Of a DNA stretch of 23,836 bases, positions 17,120-23,836 are shown piece after piece. This DNA is from a virus. Taxonomy: Duplodnaviria; Heunggongvirae; Uroviricota; Caudoviricetes. The translations under genes were made by a program, and so were the position numbers. Below the pieces are notes generated by a model that was not told the origin of the DNA, did no database searches, and worked only from the letters and a program-made list of their open reading frames with translations. Each line of letters starts with the position of its first letter. The first letter of the stretch is position 1. The DNA is taken from the IMG/VR virus record IMGVR_UViG_3300033070_001565. One strand, 5' to 3'.

Positions 17120-18404
17120 AATTACTCGTACGGTTAGTCTCGAAGATCTTTTTGCTGAATTGGGATGTTCTGAGAAAGATGCACCTAACACTGAAGACGG
17201 TGACACGCTCATCAAATGCGATTATCCGATTGAAGTTGAATCTTCGAACGGCTATCAATTCATCAGTGCCGTGAGATGGACAAAACATGAACCGGTAATC
17301 AAACTAATCGTGAAATCCGAGATCGATGAAAAAAGTGTATCTCTCGGTTGCTCTCCTGAGCATCGTGTCATGACAAAACGCGGGTGGAAATATGTAAAAA
17401 ATCTTTTCGAAGATGATTACGTGTACACAAAGGACGAATGGATGAGAGTTGAGTCTTTGAAGGGACTCGATGAACTGGAACGTCTCTGTGATATGCAAGT
17501 TGATATTACTCACTGCTACTACACAAACGGGATCCTATCTCACAACTCGCATCTTCTTGTTAACCTCGGTGCAAATGCAATCAAGGCAGGTCTCAATGTT
17601 CTTCACTACACATTCGAGCTCTCAGAGCACCAAGTATCTCGCAGATACGATGCAAACATCTGCGAGATCAATGCTGACGATCTTTCTGAGAAGAAAGCAG
17701 ATGTCTTTGCTCACTACGATGCTGGCACGAAGTACGGAAAGCTGAGAGTAAAGTACAAGCCAACCGGCACAGCAACGATTCTCACAATCAGAGCTCACGT
17801 AGAGGCGCTAGCTCTCCGTGGATTTGTACCTGATCTCATCATTATCGACTATGCAGATATCATGCGTTCGACGAGACAGTTCGACAGTCTCAGGCATGAG
17901 CTCAAGCAAGTCTATGAGGATCTCAGAGGGTACTCTGGTGAACTTGGCGTGCCCATCTGGACTGCTTCCCAATCGAATAAAGAGGGCGTCAACTCTGACT
18001 TCATCGATGAAACGAACATGTCTGAGGGTTACGCAAAGGCGTTTGTCGCTGACATTATCGTTACAATCTCAAGGAAGCCAGTTGAACGTCACTCCGGTCT
18101 GGGAAGGCTATACGTTGCCAAATCACGCGCAGGTAGAGATGGTCAGCTTTATCCCATCAAAATTGATACTGCGCAGTCTAGATTCGTAATCCTCGGCGAG
18201 GTACAGTCCCCATCTCAGGTGGCGACAGAGGATGACAAGAGTTTGAAAGCTTCCATTCGAGAAAAATGGAACAAGGTAAAGAAGGACGCTGAGTTGGCTC
18301 TCGGGCCAAATCTCAATGAAACCGTGGCTCAGCAACCGGCAGTGCAACAGCAATTAGGAAAAAGAAATGGAAAATACGATCTACACATACGCACAAGTGT
18401 ATGA
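17064..18404 (+). CDS. dnaB: DnaB/gp41-like helicase, C-terminal part (IntC plus 285-aa C-extein); start at 17064 or 17097
   Basis: After HN|S: SHLLVNLG...VLHYTFELSE, LIIIDYADIM (Walker B), LRGYSGELGVPIWTASQSNKEG, EGYAKAFVADIIVTI, RLYVAKSRAGRDG. Confidence 0.9.
   Translation: MIEFLAKKRLPMPTIKHVEITRTVSLEDLFAELGCSEKDAPNTEDGDTLIKCDYPIEVESSNGYQFISAVRWTKHEPVIKLIVKSEIDEKSVSLGCSPEHRVMTKRGWKYVKNLFEDDYVYTKDEWMRVESLKGLDELERLCDMQVDITHCYYTNGILSHNSHLLVNLGANAIKAGLNVLHYTFELSEHQVSRRYDANICEINADDLSEKKADVFAHYDAGTKYGKLRVKYKPTGTATILTIRAHVEALALRGFVPDLIIIDYADIMRSTRQFDSLRHELKQVYEDLRGYSGELGVPIWTASQSNKEGVNSDFIDETNMSEGYAKAFVADIIVTISRKPVERHSGLGRLYVAKSRAGRDGQLYPIKIDTAQSRFVILGEVQSPSQVATEDDKSLKASIREKWNKVKKDAELALGPNLNETVAQQPAVQQQLGKRNGKYDLHIRTSV
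17097..17546 (+). mobile_element. Split intein C-fragment (IntC, about 150 aa)
   Basis: TVSLEDLF and IEVESSNGYQFI (post-block-A Hint strands), block B LGCSPEHRVMTKRGW, block F LCDMQVDITHCYYTNG, block G ILSHN followed by +1 Ser (17547). Confidence 0.85.
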
Positions 18405-20868
18405 GAATGCATTGGCATACTACGGAAACGATCTTGCTGCAGATGCATATACATCGAAGTACGCTCTCAGAAATGTAGAAGGTGAGCTCATCGAGAGCGG
18501 TCCACTTGCCTCGTACATGCGTCAGGCAAGGGAGCTCGCAAGGATTGAGTCGAAATATCCGAAGTCCGCCTCTCTCGATGAGATCTATAAGGCTTTTATC
18601 GCCGGAGAGATCTCAATGCAGGGATCTCCATTCTCCGGTATTGGAAACGATCAACAGTATCAGTCTCTTTCAAATTGCTTCGTTATTGCCGGTCCAGAGG
18701 ACTCCTACGGGGGTATTTTCAGGGCCGACGAACAGCAGGCGCAGATCATGAAGCGTCGTGGAGGGGTTGGTCACGATCTTTCTGGCCTCCGCCCAAGGGG
18801 CTTTTTGACAACGAACGCAGCAAGGTCATCAGATGGTGTTACTCTGTTCATGCAGAGATTTTCGAACACAACGAGAGAGGTCGCGCAAGAGGGTCGAAGA
18901 GGCGCACTCATGATGACTGTGTCAGTACATCATCCCGATGTTGCTGAATTCATTACGATCAAACAAGATCGTAAGAAGGTCACAGGCGCAAACGTCTCAG
19001 TGAGAATTACTGACGAGTTCATGCAAGCTGTCATTTGCGATGGTTGTTATGAGCAGCGCTGGCCCGTTGAGGACACGGAACCAAAATTCAAACGTCTTGT
19101 GAGGGCTCGCGAGATTTGGGATCTCATTATCTCATCTGCACACAAATGCGCGGAACCTGGCGTTCTGTTCTGGGACACAATCATCAGGAACTCGCCGGCA
19201 GACGTGTATCCTGGCTTTAGAACTCGTTCGACGAATCCTTGCTCAGAACTTCCTCTATCTGTTGGAGACAGCTGCCGTCTTGCAATCACGAACAGTTTTG
19301 CATTCGTGAAAAACGCGTTCACAGACTCTGCTGAGTTTGACTGGGATCGTTTCAGGTCGGCTGCGGCTCTAACCCAGAGACTCATGGACGATCTCGTTGA
19401 TCTTGAAATCGAATCTGTCGATAGGATCATCGGTAAGGTTGAGTCAGATCCAGAGCCACTCAGTGTCAAAGAGAGAGAGCTTGCTCTATGGAAGGTTATC
19501 CGTCAGTCTGCACGTGATGGCCGTCGTACAGGGGCTGGTCTTACTGGAGTTGGTGATACAGTGGCTGCTCTGGGCCTGAGATATGGATCAGATGAGTCAA
19601 TCAAATTCATTGATGAGCTATACCGTGTCCTTTGTGTTGAGTCATACAGTGAATCAGTGAGGATGGCATCCCAGCGTGGATCATTCCCTGCTTGGAACGC
19701 CGAAACAGACTCGAAGTCAACTCACGTTAGGAAGATGCTTGAACAGATGACTGAAGAACTGAGAGACCTGTACGGTCAGTATGGCAGGAGGAACATCGCC
19801 TGCAATACAACTGCTCCCGTTGGCACAATCTCTCTGCTTCTTGGCACTACGTCAGGGATTGAGCCTGCATTCATGCTCTCTTACAAGCGTCGCAGAAAGG
19901 TGCAAGCTGGCGATCCGAATGTTAGGGTCGACTTCGTCGACGAGACGGGAGACTCATGGCAAGAGTATGTCGTCTATCACCCTGGATTTGAACTGTGGAT
20001 GTCCGCTTCAGGTAAGACAGAGGTGTCAGATTCCCCATATGCTGGTGCAACTGCTAATGAGATCGATTGGAAGAAATCGATCGAGCTACAGGCGGCTGCT
20101 CAGAAGTGGATTGATCATGCTATCTCGAGAACTGTCAACCTGCCAGCAGGAACTCCAGTAGAAGTTGTTGACGAACTCTACAGAACTGCATGGGCAAGCG
20201 GGTGCAAGGGATGCACAATCTACGTTGATGGATCACGTTCTGGCGTGCTCATCAGCACAGAGACTCCAAATCCGTGCTCATCTGGTCGTCCTGATGAACT
20301 TACTCACGTGCAAGCTACGAAGCGACCAGAGAAACTGCCATGCGTTCTTGGAAAGGTGAGAGTTTCAGTTCTCAGAGACGAGAGTACGAAGCGATCAGCA
20401 GAAACATGGTGCGTGCTTGTTAGCACTCTCGGTGGAAAACCCTATGAGGTCTTTGCAGGACTGGCAAAGGACTTCAGGGTTGGTGATTCGCACACAGATC
20501 TCAAGATCAGAAAAGTCAAATTGAAGACGACTGCCGGCGCCAGGTACGAGCTCATTGGAGATGGGAAGGTTCTCGTACGTGATATCACTGCAAAATTTGA
20601 CGACCCAACAGGGGGCTCATTCACACGCGTTGTTTCTCTATCTCTGAGACACGGTGTGCCCGTTCAATTCGTCGTTGAACAGCTCATGAAGGATCGCGAT
20701 AGCGATATGTTCTCTCTTGCAAAGGCGATTGCAAGAACTCTGAAGCAATTCATTCCTGATGGTACGGAATCAACTGAGAAGAAATGTCAAGAGTGCGGAT
20801 CTGACAAGCTCATCTATCAAGAGGGCTGTGTTAGCTGTACTCAGTGCTCATTCTCAAAGTGCGGTTAA
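18367..20868 (+). CDS. nrdJ: Class II (adenosylcobalamin-dependent) ribonucleotide reductase
   Basis: SLSNCFVI, KRRGGVGHDLSGLRP, VAQEGRRGALM, GANVSV, AEPGVLF, TNPCSE, SCRL, RRTGAGLTG, APVGTIS..SGIEP, QKWIDHAISRTVNLP, GCKGCTIY, then a TSCPD-like domain and C-terminal Zn ribbon CQECG...CVSCTQCSFSKCG. No beta-subunit gene is adjacent. Confidence 0.93.
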   Translation: MENTIYTYAQVYENALAYYGNDLAADAYTSKYALRNVEGELIESGPLASYMRQARELARIESKYPKSASLDEIYKAFIAGEISMQGSPFSGIGNDQQYQSLSNCFVIAGPEDSYGGIFRADEQQAQIMKRRGGVGHDLSGLRPRGFLTTNAARSSDGVTLFMQRFSNTTREVAQEGRRGALMMTVSVHHPDVAEFITIKQDRKKVTGANVSVRITDEFMQAVICDGCYEQRWPVEDTEPKFKRLVRAREIWDLIISSAHKCAEPGVLFWDTIIRNSPADVYPGFRTRSTNPCSELPLSVGDSCRLAITNSFAFVKNAFTDSAEFDWDRFRSAAALTQRLMDDLVDLEIESVDRIIGKVESDPEPLSVKERELALWKVIRQSARDGRRTGAGLTGVGDTVAALGLRYGSDESIKFIDELYRVLCVESYSESVRMASQRGSFPAWNAETDSKSTHVRKMLEQMTEELRDLYGQYGRRNIACNTTAPVGTISLLLGTTSGIEPAFMLSYKRRRKVQAGDPNVRVDFVDETGDSWQEYVVYHPGFELWMSASGKTEVSDSPYAGATANEIDWKKSIELQAAAQKWIDHAISRTVNLPAGTPVEVVDELYRTAWASGCKGCTIYVDGSRSGVLISTETPNPCSSGRPDELTHVQATKRPEKLPCVLGKVRVSVLRDESTKRSAETWCVLVSTLGGKPYEVFAGLAKDFRVGDSHTDLKIRKVKLKTTAGARYELIGDGKVLVRDITAKFDDPTGGSFTRVVSLSLRHGVPVQFVVEQLMKDRDSDMFSLAKAIARTLKQFIPDGTESTEKKCQECGSDKLIYQEGCVSCTQCSFSKCG

Positions 20869-20898
20869 AACAACACCGGCCGCTATCAAAGCGGCCGG
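20867..20898 (-). terminator. Rho-independent terminator between convergent genes (stronger for the minus-strand gene)
   Basis: CCGGCCGCT-ATCAA-AGCGGCCGG perfect 9-bp stem (20876-20898), followed on the minus strand by TGTTGTTTT. Confidence 0.8.
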
Positions 20899-20899
20899 G

Positions 20900-21331
20900 T
20901 TACCTGCACGGGTGGGGTCGTACTAATGCGAGGGAGCGGAGGTACCTTACCGCTGTTTTGCAGATGTTCTCATCGAGTCCCATGCTCTCAATGATCTGCA
21001 CTCCTTCGTCTACTCGCTTAGCAGTCTCCGACCACACTCCCTCTTGCATCTTTGACACAAGCATGTCAGAGTTCGCATGCTTGTACAGGTCTCTGTTTGC
21101 GAGATAAACGCATCCTGCGATTACGTCACCAAATGTATTGAACTCTGAATCACCCAAGCGTGTCATATTCATGGCACCCTCTTTGATGAGTTGTGCGGTC
21201 GGCTTGCGATTTTTCTTCGATTCGTTGATCGACGAAGCAGCTCTCTCAGCCTTCACTTCAGCAATTGCCGCGTGGGTTTCTCTGATGATGAGCTTGCGGA
21301 ATTGTTCAGCTGTTAGCTTCTTTGTTTCCAT
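20900..21331 (-). CDS. Hypothetical protein (143 aa), possible head-internal protein
   Basis: Only plausible minus-strand gene; fills the nrdJ-thyX gap, has GGAGAAGG upstream and its own terminator. N-terminus KLTAEQFRKLIIRE with repeated I-x-E motifs. Confidence 0.75.
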   Translation of the reverse strand: METKKLTAEQFRKLIIRETHAAIAEVKAERAASSINESKKNRKPTAQLIKEGAMNMTRLGDSEFNTFGDVIAGCVYLANRDLYKHANSDMLVSKMQEGVWSETAKRVDEGVQIIESMGLDENICKTAVRYLRSLALVRPHPCR

Positions 21332-21374
21332 TTGAATTGAAATTAGACCTTCTCCATATAACTATACCTCTGAC
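21332..21374. promoter_or_regulatory. Probable divergent promoter region
   Basis: 43-nt gap between divergent starts. TATAGT (-10-like) on the minus strand and TATAAC on the plus strand; no convincing -35 at proper spacing. Confidence 0.3.
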
Positions 21375-22115
21375 ATGTGGAATGTGCGCGATTATTTTGT
21401 TTCGAAACCTGTTCTTGACCACGGATACATTGAGCTCGTTGATGCGATGGTCGAGAATCCACTTCTAAAAGTCGTTAACTCTGCAAGGGTCTCTTTCGCA
21501 AAATCATCTGAAAATCTGCAACCAAAAGATGAGAAACTGATCAAGTATCTCTCTGATCACGGTCACTTCTCAACGTTCAGACACACTTACTTTTCGTTCA
21601 AGGTGAAAGCTCCCCTGTTTGTGTTCAGACAGTGGTGGAAGTATCAGATTGGTAGCGATTGGACGAATGCAGATGAACTAGGCTCGGCCGTTTCAATACC
21701 TGACACTGGATGGAACGAGGTATCAGGAAGATATGTTGAACATGCTCCAGAGTTCTACGTTCCTGATTGTTTCCACAAGCAGTCTGCCTCGAACAAGCAG
21801 GGTTCGACAGATGAAGTAGTCGATCGTCTCGTCGATGGACAGAACGCTCTGGGAGCCTACAAAATGAGCATTGACTTTGCATACTCTCTGTACAAGCAGA
21901 TGATTGAATCAGGGATTGCAAAAGAAGAGGCTAGAATGGTTCTTCCTCCCTCGATTTACACTGAGTGCATCTGGACATGCTCAATTCAAACGCTCGTTCA
22001 TTTCCTTACACAGAGACGTGATTCGCATGCCCAGAGACACATCAGGGCATATGCTGATGCTGTCGATGAAATTATGCTTCCAATCCTCGGATCACTACTA
22101 CCGTATCATTCATAA
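21375..22115 (+). CDS. thyX: Flavin-dependent thymidylate synthase
   Basis: VLDHGYIELVD, NSARVSF, LIKYL..HGHFSTFRH, FKVKAPLFVFRQW, WNEVSGRY, EEARMVLP..IYTE..WT, HFLTQRRDSHAQ..IR. Confidence 0.92.
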   Translation: MWNVRDYFVSKPVLDHGYIELVDAMVENPLLKVVNSARVSFAKSSENLQPKDEKLIKYLSDHGHFSTFRHTYFSFKVKAPLFVFRQWWKYQIGSDWTNADELGSAVSIPDTGWNEVSGRYVEHAPEFYVPDCFHKQSASNKQGSTDEVVDRLVDGQNALGAYKMSIDFAYSLYKQMIESGIAKEEARMVLPPSIYTECIWTCSIQTLVHFLTQRRDSHAQRHIRAYADAVDEIMLPILGSLLPYHS

Positions 22116-22213
22116 TGGCAGGATATTTTGTGCTACTTGTGTTTCTGTTCTGCGTAATAGGCCTCGGCGGCACAAAAGGTACAAGAAAATGGTCTTGGGA
22201 TGAGCAAGATTGA
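22115..22213 (+). CDS. Small 32-aa membrane peptide absent from the ORF track (MAGYFVLLVFLFCVIGLGGTKGTRKWSWDEQD)
   Basis: Start coupled to the thyX stop (TAATG); its stop overlaps the next TTG start (TTGA). Single hydrophobic stretch followed by basic residues. Confidence 0.6.
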   Translation: MAGYFVLLVFLFCVIGLGGTKGTRKWSWDEQD

Positions 22214-22506
22214 AAACAACGGTATATGATCATGGCAGAAACATGAAGACACTTAGATTTGATGAAAAAGTAGCAACGAAGATCATTCAACTCATTCAGC
22301 ACGGAATCCTCACGGGATCAGACGTCTCAGAGGAGTTCATGAATATTGAGATGATCGTGAAAGATGGAAAACTAACACTGGATCCATACTACGAGGTCTC
22401 GTCAAACGAGCGCATGAATCTTGAAATGGCCCAGCTAGTTGCGCACGATCCTTCCCAAGATGAAGCTCTGTTTAATCCGTTCAAGCCGTTTACAATGGAA
22501 ACATGA
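22210..22506 (+). CDS. Hypothetical protein (98 aa)
   Basis: Continuous operon-like ORF; ATGA coupling to the next gene. The true start could be a downstream ATG. Confidence 0.7.
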   Translation: MKTTVYDHGRNMKTLRFDEKVATKIIQLIQHGILTGSDVSEEFMNIEMIVKDGKLTLDPYYEVSSNERMNLEMAQLVAHDPSQDEALFNPFKPFTMET

Positions 22507-22901
22507 CAGACAAACTCGAAGAGATGTTCGAAGATCAGAACGAATACATGCAGCTCCTCCGTGAGCACAGATCGTTCCCTGAGTATCCAGTTGATCTTAC
22601 GTCAAAAGACGGTCAAAAGCTTGTAAAAGCAATCTCGTATGAGTGTGCAGATGAGCTCTGCGAAGCACGTCAGCTTCTCAAGAATTCCAAATCGCACAGA
22701 GTGACCGAGGTCAGGCATTTCGATAGAGATGACTATATCGAAGAGCTTACAGATGCATTGCACTACATGATCGAAATCGCAATCGTTTCTGGGATCAGTG
22801 TTGAAGAGCTTCACTCTGCATACATGCGGAAGGGGAAAATTAATAAACAGAGGATTGAATCAGGGTATTTATCTCTATTCCGGAATAGAATTGCACCATG
22901 A
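22503..22901 (+). CDS. All-alpha NTP pyrophosphatase (dimeric dUTPase / T4 gp56 dCTPase / MazG-like)
   Basis: DELCEARQLLKNSKSH...DRDDYIEELTDALHY...AYMRKGKINKQRIESGY matches the E..E...K.(W/H)...EE..D..H and K...N..R..SGY pattern. Confidence 0.8.
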   Translation: MTDKLEEMFEDQNEYMQLLREHRSFPEYPVDLTSKDGQKLVKAISYECADELCEARQLLKNSKSHRVTEVRHFDRDDYIEELTDALHYMIEIAIVSGISVEELHSAYMRKGKINKQRIESGYLSLFRNRIAP

Positions 22902-23728
22902 AGCTGGCATGGTGCACAGACACACATTTTGACATTTACGATGAGTCTCTCAATGTGCCTCTGAGAGTGGGAATGGCACTCCGTGAGGCTGGAAATGATG
23001 GAATCGTAATCTCTGGAGATATTTCGCAATCGCATCTTCTAAAAGAGCATCTGAGCGCTCTTACGGCAGGATTCGGTTCTAATAACGTGTATTACGTTCT
23101 TGGTAATCACGATGTCTGGGGTTCTGATTCTGGAGAATTCAGGAAAAATATAATTCCCAATAGTTATCCAGGAAAGTACCTTTCAGAGCAAGATCCCATT
23201 AAACTCACGAATGATACATACATCACGGGATTTGATGGCTGGTACGATGCTCGTTATGGAGATTACACGAGAACATCGTTCCTAATGAACGATTGGTACA
23301 GAATCAGCGAAATCTGCGAAGACTTCATCTCTGGAAATGGATCAAAAGAGAGCGTAATTCCAATTTGCAGGAGAATTGCAGACAAGCTTGCAAACAGCAT
23401 ACCAGGGAGGATTGCAAAGATTGCAAAGATTGCAAAGCGTGTGATCATCGCAACTCATATTCCTCCTTTCGTACAAAATTCGAATCACAGAGGAAATCCA
23501 TCAGATGCTGGTTCTCTTCCATGGTACGCATCGAAGGCATCTGGCGATATGCTACTTAATCTATTCAGGAAGTATCCCAACATCGAATTCACGGTACTTT
23601 GCGGACACTCGCACTCGCATGCAAAATACTCTCCAACAAAGAATTCTGAAGTCATTACAGGTTTTGCCGAGTATCGACGCGCTAGCGTTGCAGGAATCCT
23701 GGAGCTCTTACATGTACGAAAATTGTAA
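22898..23728 (+). CDS. Calcineurin-like metallophosphoesterase
   Basis: All five motifs present: WCTDTH, ISGDIS, LGNHD, ATHIPP, CGHSH. Confidence 0.88.
   Translation: MKLAWCTDTHFDIYDESLNVPLRVGMALREAGNDGIVISGDISQSHLLKEHLSALTAGFGSNNVYYVLGNHDVWGSDSGEFRKNIIPNSYPGKYLSEQDPIKLTNDTYITGFDGWYDARYGDYTRTSFLMNDWYRISEICEDFISGNGSKESVIPICRRIADKLANSIPGRIAKIAKIAKRVIIATHIPPFVQNSNHRGNPSDAGSLPWYASKASGDMLLNLFRKYPNIEFTVLCGHSHSHAKYSPTKNSEVITGFAEYRRASVAGILELLHVRKL
23410..23437 (+). repeat. In-frame 9-bp tandem repeat (GATTGCAAA x3, IAK-IAK-IAK)
   Basis: Seen directly at 23410-23436 plus a G. Confidence 0.9.
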
Positions 23729-23836
23729 AGTATCTTTTCACCCAGATGGTCTCGTCGTCAATGGTTGTGCAGACATTGTTCACAATCAGGACCACCCACT
23801 CAGAGAACTGTGCAAGAAATTTTTCGGTGACACTGC
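23712..23836 (+). CDS. Hypothetical protein, 3'-truncated (MYENCKVSFHPDGLVVNGCADIVHNQDHPLRELCKKFFGDT...)
   Basis: ATG 23712 overlaps the previous gene by 17 nt and the frame stays open to the window end. Confidence 0.45.
   Translation, partial: MYENCKVSFHPDGLVVNGCADIVHNQDHPLRELCKKFFGDT

Noticed and set aside
18367-20868. Inteins or introns in nrdJ or recA (common insertion targets)
   Set aside because: Both read as contiguous with all motifs at normal spacing.
9845-22901. 2-aminoadenine (Z-genome) cluster suggested by PolA + HD + MazG-like genes
   Set aside because: No PurZ in the window, the HD protein has the YhaM-type H.A..GGL..H signature rather than a DatZ/YfbR type, and the PolA lacks the exonuclease domain present in DpoZ.
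1-23836. Stop-codon reassignment
   Set aside because: Conserved genes are uninterrupted in the standard code and end in TAA, TGA or TAG at sensible places; reading through the dnaB-N TGA gives no intein-like sequence and stops again shortly.
1-23836. CRISPR array, rRNA, integrase or transposase
   Set aside because: No regularly spaced repeats, no large non-coding region and no such motifs were seen.

Overview
Segment of a large tailed (probably contractile-tailed) dsDNA bacteriophage genome, standard genetic code, almost fully coding and nearly all on the + strand. 1-9799 is a tail/baseplate module: 5'-truncated tape measure protein, small hypothetical protein, tail-tube-initiator-like protein, LysM/gpX-like wedge protein and baseplate hub. 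9845-18404 is a replication/recombination module: compact exonuclease-less family A polymerase-like protein, HD hydrolase, gp32-like SSB, RecA/UvsX, trimeric dUTPase, 5'-3' flap exonuclease and DnaB/gp41 helicase. 18367-23836 is a nucleotide-metabolism module: class II RNR, ThyX, dimeric dUTPase/dCTPase-like protein and metallophosphoesterase, plus one lone minus-strand gene. The standout is a fractured helicase gene. An intein sits inside Walker A (GK|C...HN|S), but it is encoded in two separate ORFs split just after block A (47-aa N fragment, about 150-aa C fragment), with an out-of-frame zinc-finger/NUMOD3/Vsr-like homing endonuclease gene between them. This looks like an atypically split, trans-splicing intein. 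All assignments are from motif recognition by eye; no database searches were run.
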